A stretch of 64,000 nt of DNA from Octopus sinensis (lineage: Eukaryota): contig NC_043022.1 of assembly GCF_006345805.1 (NCBI RefSeq), forward strand, positions 6,448,001 through 6,512,000. Reading direction: 5' to 3'. The notes under the pieces were generated by a model. The model made no database searches. It was not told the DNA's origin and worked only from the letters and a program-made list of their open reading frames with translations. Below, piece by piece: positions 24,983 through 38,166 of this stretch (positions are counted from its first letter, which is position 1; every line of letters begins with the position of its first letter). A program made the translations under genes and the position numbers.

Positions 24983-25392
24983 GTTGTTGTTGTTGTAAAA
25001 GTGGTGAGCTGGTGGAATCGTTAGCATGCCGGCTAAAATGCTGAGTAGTATTTCATCTGTCTTTATGTTCTAAGTTCAAATTCTGCTGGGGTCGACTTTG
25101 CCCTTCATCCTTTCAGGGTTGATAAATTAAGTACCAGTTACACACTGGGGGTCGATGTATTTGACTAGTCCCCTCCCCACAAATTTCAGGCCTTGTGCCT
25201 TCAGTAGAAAGGATTATTACATTTTTGATAGATTCCAACCACATGTTTGTGTGCAAATGATAGAATTGGGTTCACAATCCCCTAAATGTAGCTTTTAGGG
25301 TCTGACAAGCCCCCAAATCCCTGAAACCCCATCAGGAGCATTTCCTTACTTGTATGTCTATACATGTATGTGTGTGTAAACATGGATGGCAA

Positions 25393-25425
<33 letters not shown>

Positions 25426-25967
25426 TATCTGTCTCTGTGTATATATGTGTATGTGTGTGCGTGTCTGTGTCTGTGCGTATATGTTTGTGTACATGCATAT
25501 GTGGTGTGTGTGTGGATGTGTGGGGGAGTGTATGTGCATGGGTGGGGTGAGTATGTGTGTGAGGGGGTGGGGTGCGCCCCTCCGTCTTATTACAGCAGTT
25601 CCTTCAGAGATGTTTTGAGTCATGAGGGGTGATGGCAGTGGGGGTGGAAAGGGAGGGAGATATGAAAGGATGGGGTGGGGGGTGACTGTATCATGGGATG
25701 AGGAGAGAGAGAGAGAGGTAGAAACTGCTGATGTGATATAGTAGAAAGGGTAGAAGCTGTGTGTGTGTGTGTGTGTGTGTGTGAGATGGCCATTGTATGT
25801 TTGGTTGTGCAGATGGAAGGTTTAATTCTTATTCTTTCTGTCTCTAGATTTTATTTTTCCATCGTTAATTGTTTTAATTACCATCTTATATTATGCTTTA
25901 TTTAATATCATTTTGTTGTTTTTTTTTCTCCCCACCACCAGGTTAATCCCATTTTTTTTTAGCAGTC

Positions 25968-26133
25968 ATGACTACCAAGCTGCCATCCACGCCCATCACA
26001 CAGCAACCAAGAAGCACGTCAAAGTTATCTCTTGCTTCCAAACTAATGACCAATAATCACATTGACCACGAGATCTGCGAAAAAGCCTGGTCATCTGGTC
26101 TTTGTGACTGTCAGGACGATCAAAAACACAACT
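25968..26133 (+). CDS. PLAC8/cornifelin-family protein, coding exon 1
   Basis: MTTKLPSTPITQQP...WSSGLCDCQDD (family N-terminal motif); upstream acceptors (AG at 25940-41; TAGCAG at 25960-65); phase-1 donor GTAAGT at 26134. Confidence 0.9.
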
Positions 26134-26480
26134 GTAAGTATGACACATAACCCTATTAATTACGGGGACAGGAAGGGGTCAGTTTCGGTTTTTAGTTGTT
26201 TTCAACACATGGATGACTTGTGCCTACATGTTCATAAAATACACCACATGTCTATCAATAGACACTACATGAAATGAGGTGAGCTGGACAAAACAACAAT
26301 ATTTTGTACATCTTTATGTTCTGAGTTCAAATTCTGCTGAGGTTGACTTTGTTCTTCAACTTTTCACAGTTAATAAAACATGTACCAGTTGACTACTGGG
26401 CTCAATGTAATTGACTGGTTCCCTTCCCACAAATCTCAGGCTTTGTGCCTATGTTAGAAGAGATTATTATTATTATTATT

Positions 26481-27030
26481 GAGTGAGCGAGCAGAGCATG
26501 CCATCAAAGTGACACTGGAGTAAAATATACAAAGCCCAGTATACCCATCATGACTTCCCGTCTGATAAGGGTACACCAGGCACATGCATCACAACCATAT
26601 GTGCGCGACATGGTGATCTCATATCAAGATAAACAGTGCATGACCTTGCAGGTGGGACCCAGTTAGAATTTTCTTCAGATCGGGTAACCCATCCCGCTCA
26701 AAAGGTCCCTGAATAAGGGTTGTTTAAGGACATTGAATGAAACACCCATGTTTCCAGATGTGAATTATTCAAACCCCAAAGAATCCTTCTCAACACATGG
26801 CTATGATGCTCCCCCACTATTTCTGCTCGTGATCAGAGATGCACATATCATCAGCCACTAAGGGACATGCTCAACTGGTTACGGTCAAACAACTGACAAG
26901 CAAATCTGTGGTATTGAGCAGAATATTTGCTGTAGCCCATCTTTTATACCAAGACAAAACAATGTACATGATAACACTTCCAATCAGTTAAGATCAGAAG
27001 CCATGGGAGCCACTGCCTGGTACTGCATCA
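26481..27030 (-). mobile_element. ~550-bp non-coding interspersed repeat, copy 2
   Basis: Homologous to 444-992; (TTA)n at its 3' end. Confidence 0.75.
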
Positions 27031-27556
27031 GGGCAGCACCGCCTCGACTGGCTTCTGTGCCGGTGGCACATAAAATACACCAATCTGACCGTGGCCGTTG
27101 CCAGCCCCGCCTGGCACCTGTGCAGGTGGCACGTAAAAAGCACCCACTACACTCACGGAGTGGTTGGCGTTAGGAAGGGCATCCAGCTGTAGAAACATTG
27201 CCAAATTAGACTGGAGCCTGGTGCAGCCTTCTGGCTTCCCAGATCCCCGGTCGAACCGTCCAACCCATGCTAGCATGGAGAACGGACGTTAAACGACGAT
27301 GATGATGATGATGATATTAAAATGGTGGCAAACTGGTAGAATCGTTAGCACACCGGATGAAATGCTTAGCAGTATTTCGTTTGTCGTTACGTTCAGGGTT
27401 CAAATTCTACCAAGGTTGACTTTGCCTTTCATCCTTTCGGGGGTCGATAAATTAAGTACCAGTTATGTACTGGAGTTGATGTTATAGACTTAATCCTCTC
27501 CCCCAAAATGGCTGCCTTTGAGGCAAAATTTGAACTCATCATCATCATCATTATTA

Positions 27557-27933
27557 TCTCTCTCTATAAAAACGGCAGTTTGTCTGTCTGTGTGTCTGTT
27601 AGGTTGTACCCTCACCCTGACCACGGCTTTCAACCGATTCTGATGAAACTTGACACACACATAGCCCAATGTCATAATTCAAAACTAACGCAGCGAAAAT
27701 TTTGAAAAGTTCCCCCAGTTCTGAAAAAAATCGATAAATTCGACATGGGGTCGAGAATCAGAAACACAAACCACAGACTGTCTAGGGGACGCAACTCGAC
27801 CCTTTTAACTCTCAAAAAAAATTTACCATAATTTTTTTTTCCATTTTTTTGCTATTTTTTGGCTACAACTCTCTAAAAATGCTTTATAGTTATTTCCCTT
27901 ACAAACCCGAGCAACGCCGGGCGATACTGCTAG
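27557..27933 (+). mobile_element. Non-autonomous Helitron
   Basis: A|TC 5' end, subterminal hairpin cccgagcaacgccggg, CTAG|T 3' end, no TSD. Confidence 0.85.
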
Positions 27934-28516
27934 TTATTATTTAAAAGGCAGTGAGCTGGCAGAATTGTTAGCACACCGGATGAAATGCTTAGTATTATTC
28001 CATTCATCTTTATGTCCTGAGTTCAAATTCTGCCATGGTCGACTTTGCCTTTCATCCTTTTGAGGTTGAAAAATTAAGTACCAGATGCATACTGAGGTCA
28101 GTGTAATGGACAAGTCCCCTCCCCCCAAATTTCAGGCCTTGTGCCTATAGTAGAAGGGATTATTAAGGCAGCAAGCTGGTAGAAGCTTTTGTACACCAGA
28201 AAAAATGCTTAGTTGCATTTCATCCATCTTTACGTTCAAAGTTCAAATGGCACCAAAGCATTAGATGAATACCAGTCAACTACTGGGATCGATGGAATTG
28301 AACAGCCCCTTTCTCAAAATTTCAGACCTTGTCTCTATAGTAGGAAGGATTATTATTTCTATAAAAAAAAAAAAAAAAACTCTACAATGTACTCTTTGGT
28401 GAAAGAAGTGAATTTTGTTTGAGTTTGTTCTTCAATGTTGTTCATAACCCTACCCAAACATGGTTATCCTGGCCTGTGTGTGGGTTTGGGTAGGGTAATC
28501 CTCAATATTGAAACCG

Positions 28517-28549
<33 letters not shown>

Positions 28550-28711
28550 TTAGCGTCCGCTTTCCATGCTAGCATGGGTTGGACGGTTCAACTGGGGTCT
28601 GTGAAGCTGGAAGGCTTCGTCAGGCCCAGTCAGATCTGGCAGTGTTTCTACGGCTGGATGCCCTTCCTAACGCCAACCACTCTGTGTTAAAATGTTTCTC
28701 TTCCATTGCAG

Positions 28712-28848
28712 GTCTCTCCTCGTTGTGCTGCTGGCCATTCTTTAAATATACTTTGGCCATGCGTATCGGTGAATCTCCATTTGTGTCTCTCATTCCTTGT
28801 GCAGTGTTTGCTCTGCGAGTAAAACTGAGGACGGTCCTAAGTATTAAG
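28712..28848 (+). CDS. PLAC8/cornifelin-family protein, coding exon 2
   Basis: Acceptor ttccattgcag, phase 1; (C)LSSLCCWPFFKYTLAMRIGESPFVSLIPCAVFALRVKLRTVLSIK; phase-0 donor GTGAGT. Confidence 0.9.
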
Positions 28849-28929
28849 GTGAGTCCACTCTTAAGCCGATTTCTTGGGGTTTACAAAACATTTTCACAGA
28901 TGTCAATATGAAGGACTGGGGGACTTTAA

Positions 28930-29148
28930 CCCTTTAGTGTTCAGATTATTCCATCAAACATAATGCCTATTGATTCCCATTGATTTGAATTAATCATGCA
29001 TTATCTCATATCTTCAAGATCTTGATGGTGTAATTACTTAGTGTAGAATAACATTGTAGGGTAGGTGTGAGAGCCTGGATCTGGTCAGTTTGAACATAAA
29101 ACAGATTAACTATTTTGGCCGGATATGGCCGGTTTAAATACTAAAGGG
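28930..29148. mobile_element. piggyBac-type MITE
   Basis: TTAA|CCCTTTAGT...ACTAAAGGG|TTAA; near-identical inverted partial copy at 63895-64000. Confidence 0.8.
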
Positions 29149-29987
29149 TTAAGCCAGTGAGCTGACAGAAACATTAACACACTGGGTGAAATGCTTAGCA
29201 GGATTCCCTCTGTCTTTATACTCTGAGTTCAAATTCTTCCAAGGTCGATTTTGCCTTTCATCCTTTTTAAGTACCAGTTACGTACTGGGGTCGATCTAAT
29301 CGACTGGCACCCTCCCCAAATTTCAGGCCTTGTTCCTAGAGTAGAAAAGAATATGAAGAACTGGAAAGTAGGGGAGGGGTGTCTGGCGACGACATGACAG
29401 AGGAATGGTTGGGTGATCAGGGCCCTTAGTGTGAACATTGAAGACTGGGAGCCGATGACAGAAAATCGACTGGTTTTTGGAAGAAACAATCTACAACAGT
29501 AATAAAGCAGTGCCCACATGTGTGTGTATGTGTATAGATTTATATGTATGATGGTATGTATGCGACGTATTAAGAACCACATGATCCTAAGTCTACGTCT
29601 GACAACTCTCAATTTATAGAACACCTAGTCAAGGGACATAACTTTTTGGTAACCTTGAGAATGCTGCCCAATCATAAGACGAGATCTATCAAGTATTCCA
29701 AACTCAGAGAATCAAATGCTGCCTCTTGAAGCAAGCACTTCCTAAACAGGACATAGCTTCGATCTCAGACACTTTTCTGTCAGAAAATATTAGCAACATC
29801 TGCAATAGGGTCAGTTTGTCCAAAGCCAGACTCGCCAGTCATATCAGATCTCATGATCGCATAATTGAAAAGATGTCCTTCTTTTGTAGCGAAGTAGAGT
29901 TAATGTTTTCATCTACCATCAATCATTCTGAGCATTAGTCAGATAATTCGCTTGTCCTACTATAGATGAGTGGGCCACACGCATACA

Positions 29988-30881
29988 TACAAGGTGCAGT
30001 GAATAAAGTGTTGTCTAAATTATGCAAAAATGAAAATTACCCAGACATCTCATTTTAACATATATTTACCAAAATTACATAAAAATATCTTGAAACACTA
30101 AAGAGTAAATTTATTCAATAAAATCGCCATTGGCTCCAACTACAGCCTCCAAACGACTTTGGAATCTCCTGTAAACTCTTCTGGACAGTCTCCTTGTTTA
30201 AGTGGGCGAATGCTGCCATAATCCTTGCCTTCAGTTCATCTTTGATGTAACAAGGAGTTTTGTTGGTCTCTCACTCAACTGCACCCCACACATAATAATG
30301 AAGGGGGCTGCAATCTAGGGAGTTAGGTGACTAGATGTTAGGGGTGATGTGGTCGCAGAAATTGTCTGACTGCCATGACTGGGTTCTCCTGCTTGTGTGG
30401 CATGGTGCAGAGTCCTGTTGCCAGACATAGGGTCTTCCAGCAGCCACCCTCTTGACCTAGGGCAGTACTACCTCCTCTAGGCACTTGATGTAGGCCTCCT
30501 TGTCGAGTCTGAGGCCATGTGGAAAGAAAGATGGAGGCATAACATTGCCATCACTAGTGATCACTCCAAACACCATGATGTTGACTGGATGTTTGATTTT
30601 TTATCACTCTTGGTACATGCCCTCAGATTGCACTATCCTCAGATTGACACCCAAACACTCTGTAATATTTGTATTGGAGCTTCCAATGTGAATGCCAAGC
30701 AGTACAGCACATTATTTCCAAATTTCTGGCAGAGTGAATTATGTCAAGGTGCTGTTTTTCTCAGAGATGGTACCCCAACTGACCCTAATATACTGTGTAG
30801 TCGACAAAATCAAAAACAAACAATATGCACACGCAAAACTAAAATTATAAAATCATGACAATTTACTCATCGCACCCTGTA
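29988..30881 (-). mobile_element. Tc1/mariner maT-type (DD37D) remnant
   Basis: Imperfect TIRs tacaaggtgcagtgaataaag / rc tacagggtgcgatgagtaaattg; minus strand YVWQQDSAPCH...PNSLDCSPLHYYVW with 37 residues between the second D and the (D>H mutated) third position; in-frame stop. Confidence 0.75.
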
Positions 30882-30934
30882 TTTATGTTTATTTATTTAT
30901 ATATATATGAGTGTAAATGATTTAAGAGGAAAAC

Positions 30935-31410
30935 TAGGTATAAGAGGCATCTAATGTTCTGTGCAAGAGAGAAGAGAGAAGACTGCACTGGTTAGGTCAT
31001 GTGATGCATATGGATGAAGACAGCTGCGTAAAGAATTGCTGAGTTCTAATTGTGGAGAAAACCTGTGGAAGGAGTAGACCTAGGAAGATGTGGGACAAAG
31101 TGGTGAGAAAGGATCTTCGGATGCTGGGCTTCACTGAAGTGAGGATAAGGGACTGGGAAATGTGGTGATTTGCTGTACTTGATAAGACGTGTCAAGCTAA
31201 GTAAAACCGCTGTCTTCCATAGATACAGGCTTCTCCTTTGCACTCATGCTGGTCCTGCATGAATGCAGCCATGTTGATGGCATTAGAAAGGGCATCCAGC
31301 TATTGAGTCTGGACAGGTCTCTGGCTTGTCAGCTTCATGTCAAACCATCCAGCCAATGTCAACATGGAAAACGGACGTTAAACGATGATGATAATGACGA
31401 TGATGATTTA
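30935..31410 (+). mobile_element. RTE LINE 3' end with family E tail
   Basis: RLHWLGHVMHMDEDSCVK...GRSRPRKMWDKVVRKDL motif, then agaaagggcatccagct...ggacgttaaacgatgatg. Confidence 0.7.
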
Positions 31411-31610
31411 TATGCATGTTATTATTGATGTAACATCTATTATATAACAAACAAGATTGTGAAACAGTTGTAAGCAAATGGAATAAACATCTACTCTCTC
31501 ACTTCATTTCTCTTATCTCCTCTATGTGTGTGTGTGTAATATATACACACATATAAACATACATACCTACATACATTTGAAATTGAATTTTTCTTTTTGT
31601 TTTTTTGCAG

Positions 31611-31703
31611 GGATCAATAATTGATGACTTTTTTGCTGTCTTGTGCTGTGAGCCGTGCGCTGTATGTCAAATGTCCAGAGAACTGGACAATGCTGGACTT
31701 TAA
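31611..31703 (+). CDS. PLAC8/cornifelin-family protein, terminal coding exon
   Basis: Strong acceptor tttttgttttttgcag, phase 0; GSIIDDFFAVLCCEPCAVCQMSRELDNAGL*, matching the family C-terminus. Confidence 0.92.
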   Translation, partial: GSIIDDFFAVLCCEPCAVCQMSRELDNAGL

Positions 31704-31906
31704 ACAATACAAAACATTTCGTTCTCATCTTTTGTTATTTTTCTTCCCAACAAACATAATCATATTTCTCACAAACATGTTTTTGTTGTAATCTATTGGT
31801 CAGGTATATCTGGTCACTTCTCTCTCTCTCTCTGTATATGTGTCTGCACATATTAATATATACACATACATATATATGTATATGTGCATGTGTGTATATA
31901 TATATA

Positions 31907-32145
31907 AGGCGGCATGCTGGCAGACTCGTTAGCGCGCCGGGCGAAATGCTTAGCGGTATTTCGTCTGTCGTTACGTTCTGAGTTCAAATTCCGCCGAGGT
32001 CGACTTTACCTTTCATCCTTCGGACGATAAATAAAGTACCAGTTTCGCACTGGGTGGGGGGGGGGGTCGATGTAATCGACTTAATCCATTTGTCTGTCCT
32101 TGTTTGTCCCCTCTATGTTTAGCCCCTTGTGGGCAATAAAGAAAT
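31907..32145 (+). mobile_element. SINE family A with Tx1-like tail, within (TA)n
   Basis: Full head aggcggc...tgcttagcggtatttcg, body, and tail ending aataaagaaat. Confidence 0.85.
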
Positions 32146-32381
32146 ATATATATATATACACATACAAATATAAATGGAAGTAGATATTGCAAACTTTACT
32201 TAGTCAAGACAGGAATCATTCTAAACAATTCACATGATCTGAGTCCGTTTCTGAACAAGAAAGTGAAAAAAACGAAATATTTCTCTGCTGCCCTCAAGAA
32301 AGGAAACTCATTTCGGCAACTTTGTCATCATTTTTTTTTGGGGTGGGGGGACTAGAGAACAAAACATGTCCACATGTCCAG

Positions 32382-32430
<49 letters not shown>

Positions 32431-32431
<1 letters not shown>

Positions 32432-32935
32432 TAGCAGTATCGCCCGGCGTTGCTCGGGTTTGTAAGGGAAATAACTATATAAGCATTTTTAGAGAGTTAC
32501 TTCCCTTATAGATGCCAATTCGGGCTTTCTTAGCCATTTCTGTTTTGGTGTCTTCAAGCCATGAAGTCGTTGTTCTAAAAGAACGCTGGTCTCCTTGACA
32601 ACGCTTTACGACGTTGTTTTCCTTACACTCCCTTCCCCACAGCTTCACGAGGGAGGGAAGAAGGGGGAGAAGCAAACAGGTGCAGGTGTGACCATGGACG
32701 CCAACTCCGCCGCCATCGACACACGAAAAATTATGCATTAAAATGGAATAAAAAATGATGTCAAATTATTTTTAAAATCGTAGACTCATCATAGACGCGT
32801 GCTAATACTCAGACGGGCTCGATATGAATCACGACTATAAGATACCCAAATTTGGTTAAACTGCACCGCAAAATGTGGGAGTAGTTAGGAATCTAAATCG
32901 AAGGGAACAGACACTCACACAATTACAGTTTTATA
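32431..32935 (-). mobile_element. Helitron variant (shared 3' end, different interior)
   Basis: ctagcagtatcgcccggcgttgctcggg 3' terminus; 5' end merges into (TA)n. Confidence 0.65.
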
Positions 32936-34449
32936 TATATATATATATATTATGCTTACATCTATACATACATATATGCACACACACATACATATATATA
33001 TATTTATATACGTAAATAAATATATAGAGAGAAAAAAAGAGACAAACAAACAGAGAAGTAATAGTATAATTGATTATCTTTGGTTTTAATTTTTTAAATT
33101 ACCTGATAACACTATTAGATAATTATCAAAGCCACTCTAAAGGATGGTTTGTTTAATTAATTAACTCCATACGAAGGCTATGGTAGCCCTGCAAGATCAC
33201 AAAACATTTTACTTTCCTAAAGATAATCACTTATGACCTCACCCTCTTCTGGGTTACTATACGTATATGCACACACACCACACACACACATATATAATAT
33301 ATATATACATACACACACATATGAATATATGCTAAGTATCCCATCGTTGGTGGGTAATTTTCACTATAAAATGCTTTGGTAAGTTTTTGGAATAGTACGC
33401 ACACACCTTTCTGCAGCTTGTTTCTCTTGGTAATTTCAAAATAATTATCAGGTGAAAAAGTGTGTGATTTAAGGGAGACTTACCAGTTGTTTCTGGCACA
33501 TCCCATGACCACCGGATACCTTCCTAGTTTCTTTGTCATATGTGTTGATGTTTTTAAATACTTTTCCCCCCTACACTCATTTTATGGAACGCTGAGAATT
33601 AAGCAACAACAAAAAATTCTGTAATTTAAATTTTCAATTCCCCACCCTGCACCGAGCAAGTGTGTGTGTGTGTGTGTATGTGTGTAAAAAAAGTATTTAC
33701 TAACAGAAAAGTATGTTATGGAAATAAATTATCTTTTACATACCTTTTTTAAAATCACTGTCACCCTTATGAAATTTTTTACACACAGGCCAATGCACAC
33801 ACTGACAAACGCACATACACACACACACTCATATACACCTGTTTCTGTCCTCTTTCTCTCTCTCTCTTTCTCTCTCTCTCTCTTTCTCCCTCTCTCATTA
33901 GGTAAGGTAACACTGTACCTCCTCTACAGCAAGACGCTTGTTTCTCTCTCTCACTCTCTTTCTCTAACTTTTCATCATCTGACACAAGATCCCCTCCTCC
34001 ATGGCCTCCTCTCCTTTCAAAGGATCTTTGTCTTGCAAGTTACTTGGTGACCCTGCCAGTGTTGGTACCACATAAAAAGCATCCGGTCCACACTATGAAG
34101 TGGTTGGCATTTGGAAGGGCATCCAGCTGTAAAAACCTTGCCAAAACTGACCTCGCCTGTGCTGGTGCCACATAAAAAGCAGAGTCTACTCTGCAGGATA
34201 GTTGGCGTTAGGAAGGGCATCCAACCATAAAAACCATGCCATGGCAGACACAGTAGCCTGGGGCAGTCTTCTACCTGGCCAGCTCCTGTCAAACTGTCCA
34301 ACCCATGCCAGCATGGAAAGCAGACATTAAATGGTGACGATGATGACGCATACAAACATGTGTGCACACCCAACCACACACACACAGCACAGTGGGACTT
34401 ATGGAAAGTGACAGGATTTAAGTATGAGATTAATTATGGAAATACAGAT

Positions 34450-34830
34450 TTGGAGTATGGAGTTCTGTGTTAGGCGTTCTTTAAGCCTTCTGTCCCACCT
34501 TACCATGAAAAGGTTGGCCACATCACCAGCGATACTAACGCCGATGGCTGCCCCCTCGTCCTGGGCATATATTTTATTATTAAACTTAAATGTGTGGCCT
34601 TTTAGGGTAACTCTTATACTAGCTCCTAGTGCATGTGCGATCATTTTCTTTATCTGATGGACATTTGCGGGGCTCCGTATGGCTCTGGTCCATCTGCGCC
34701 ATCTTTCTATATGTGTCTTCCTAGCCATAGAAGTAATTGTGGGTGGTCTACCTCTTAAACATCTACTGGGGCTTCCTTTTTGTCTTCGTGTTTCTGTTTT
34801 CTCGTTTTCTTTGCCAAAGCTTCCTTTATT
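34450..34830 (-). mobile_element. Penelope-like element reverse transcriptase fragment
   Basis: HTFKFNNKIYAQDEGAAIGVSIAGDVANLFMVRW resembles the PLE RT motif F.FNG..Y.Q..G.AMGS.LS...ANLFM. Confidence 0.7.
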
Positions 34831-35547
34831 CTGGCGCCAATCACCATTTCTTTCATCTTCCTCTTCCATTCTTTTATTCTCTTCCATGTTTCAGTCATTT
34901 GACTACGGCCATGCTTGAGCACTGCCTTAAAGGGTTTTAGTCAAAGCAATTGACTCCAGGACTTATTCTTTGTAAGTCTAGTGCTTATTCTATCAGTATC
35001 TTTTGCCAGACTACTAAGTTATGGGGACATAAACACACCATCATTGTCTGTCAAGCAATGTGAGCTAGGGACAAACATAAAGACACAAAGACACATATAA
35101 AAATATAATATATATAAATCAAAAAAACCGAAGAACATAATGGACGACAAAACATATGGACACTGCAGACGGACAGGAAAACCAGGACAGAACATTCGTG
35201 GCTTTCTATTCTTCAGTCAAGCTTCCAATCATCATTACAGTTTCGGCCTGTTACACTTGAGACTGTTCAAAATTGGTAGGCCCCTAAAATCTAAGCTGAG
35301 GGCATTAAATTTCTGGAAGAAAGCAAGCAAATATGTGCGACAACACACAGACAAAAAAAAACAAGAAAATGGAGAAAATGTTACACGATTACAAATACAA
35401 ACAACAAGAATAACAACAGGAGTCTTTCGACTAAAAGGATAAGTTAAGCTGACATTAAACATAGATGGAAGTCAGGAGACAGAAAAATAAGGTGTCATGC
35501 GAGCAGGGGTCAGGCCATATATTGTATTATATATATATATATATATA

Positions 35548-35918
35548 CTAGCAGTATCGGCCGGCGTTGCTCGGGTTTGTAAGGGAAATAACTATAAAGC
35601 ATTTTTAGAGAGTTATAGCCAAAAATTAGCAAAAAAATGGAAAAAAAATTATGGTAAATTTTTTTGAGAGTTAAAAAGGTCGAGTTGCGTCTGTGGTTTG
35701 TGTTTCTGATTCTCGACCCCATGTCGAATTTATCGATTTTTTTCAGAACTGGGGGAACTTTTCAAAATTTTCACTGCGTTAGTTTTGAATTATGACATTG
35801 GGCTATGTGTGTGTCAAGTTTCATCAGAATCGGTTGAAAGGTGTGGTCAGGGTGAGGATACAACCTAACAGACACACAGACACGCAGACAGACAAACTGC
35901 CGTTTATATAGAGAGAGA
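35548..35918 (-). mobile_element. Non-autonomous Helitron
   Basis: Reverse copy of 27557-27933 with both termini. Confidence 0.85.
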
Positions 35919-36172
35919 TATACCAGAGTAAGCACATAATTATGAAACAAGGTGGGAAAAAATAGTACTCAAATACCGAAGGTAGAGTAATATGCTTTAT
36001 TATTAAACCTACAAAAACATCACAAAAATATCACAAAAATCTGCTACTCAAAGTTTCACATTCCTGTTCATTGGACAGTTTTGATTGAGAATGGAACAAA
36101 ATTAATATACAATTTGCATTGACAGACACACATTTGAAATTGGTTTCATTTCATTAATCCTTTCAACAAATG

Positions 36173-36204
<32 letters not shown>

Positions 36205-36375
36205 CAAAACGAGCTTCTTTCAGTTTCCGTCTACCAAATCCACTCACAAGGCTTTGGTCAGCCTGAAGCTATAGTAGAGGACACCTGCCCAAGGTGCCAT
36301 GCAGGGGGACTGAACCCAGAACCATGTGGTTGGGAAGCTAGCTTCTTACCACACAGCCATGCCTATTCACTTTAA

Positions 36376-36596
36376 CCCTTTCGTTACCAACCCGGCTGAA
36401 ACTGGCTCTGGCACTGTTGTACAAATGTCTTGTTTTCAAAAGGTTTTAATTAAAATCTTCCTCCAAACCTTAGTCACAATTTATGTTCTTAACACTAGCT
36501 TAATTATAACTAAGTTATTTTACTAAATTCTTTATTATATTTAATGTAATTGAAAGAAACACTGAGCCTCTCAAAATAAATACAGTAATGAAAGGG
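36376..36596. mobile_element. piggyBac-type MITE
   Basis: TTAA|CCCTTTC...GAAAGGG|TTAA. Confidence 0.75.
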
Positions 36597-38166
36597 TTAA
36601 AAGAATTTTTAATTAACTAAAGAATCCATTCCTTTATATCACAGTATCATGGTATTTACCAGACTCACAATGCACTTTGAATGATGCCACCCTGCTGTCT
36701 GGGTGAGCCATCCAACATTTCCCCTGATTGGAAGGTTGTTCAGTCACAGGGTGACCCATTAACAGCTGAGTGGACTGGGGCAACATGAAATGAAGTGTTT
36801 TGCTTAAGGGCACAACATGCTGCCCAGTCTGGGAATCAAACCCAAGATCAAGCAATTTTATGAGTGCCACACCCTAACCACAAGGCCATGTGCCTTCCAC
36901 ATTCCCTTACATACAACAATGCAAACAGACATGAGGAGGAGTGACTAAGACCAACAGTTAAGCTCCAGTAACTTGAATTACTGAGAGATGCGAACAAGGA
37001 AATGCAAAGTATCAAAGTGAATGAGAAACATGAAGACTTGCAATGTAGATGCTGTGAGGAGGAGGAGGAGGCAGGAGGGTCGAGAAAGGCAAATGGTGGA
37101 AGACACGGCATTTAAAAATGGATCATAAACTTGCAATAGTTTCTGAGATTGTGGTTTTGTGAGCAAACAACATTCATCATCATCATCATCATCATCGTTT
37201 AACGTCCGCTTTCCATGCTAGCACGGGTTGGACGGTTCGACCGGGGTCTGGGGAGTCAAGGGCTGCCCCAGGCTCCAGTCTGATCTGGCAATGTTTCTAC
37301 GGCTGGATGCCCTTCCTAACGCCAACCACTCCGTGAGTGTAGTGGGTGCTTTTTACGTGCCACCTGCACAGGTGATTCACTGATTTAAAAACATTGATTC
37401 ACTTTGGCAGACAATGTCAGATTGTTGTTTTGTGGTTATTGACAGTTTCAACAATATCTTCTATTATTGCAATCTGCATCTCTCTCTCTCTCTCTCCCTT
37501 TTTCCACCATGGAAAATAGGTGTTAGATGATGATGATGATGATGATGATATATGTGTGTGTGTGTGTGTGTGTGTGTACATACATATCATCATCATTCGT
37601 TCGTTTAACGTCTGCTTTCCATGCTAGCATGGGTTGGACGGTTCAACTGGGGTCTGGGAAGCCAGGGGCTGCGCCAGGCCCCAGTCTGATCTGGCAGTGT
37701 TTCTACAGCTGGATGCCCTTCCTAACGCCAACCACTCCATGAATGTAGTGGGTGCTTTTTACGTGTCACTGGCACAGGTGCCAGGTGAGGCTGGCAAACG
37801 GCCACGATCGGATGGTGCTTTTTATGTGCCACTGGCACAGAGGCCAGTCAGGACGGTGCTGGCAGCGACCACGTTCGGATGGTTCTTTTACGTGCCACTG
37901 GCACTGGTATCACAGCTACTATTTCCATTGATGTTGATTGGTATCACAGCTAAGCATATATATATAAGTTCAGTAAAATTTAGATTCAGTTGAATATGGT
38001 ATTTAAGTTAAAGGCACCAGAATTTGGTATGGTATTATCCATATAAATCAAAATGGGGTGATTATAATCAAAATAAGCAACAAGGATATCCAGAGGTAAT
38101 GCAGTACAATCGTTTCATGCGACTCCATTTAATTGAACAGTGCAAATATTACATCAATTTTAAAAT

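Noticed and set aside
35190-35245. GAAAC...CUGAAGA arrangement (similar at 41718-41765)
   Set aside because: Motif order and pairing do not give a valid hammerhead topology.
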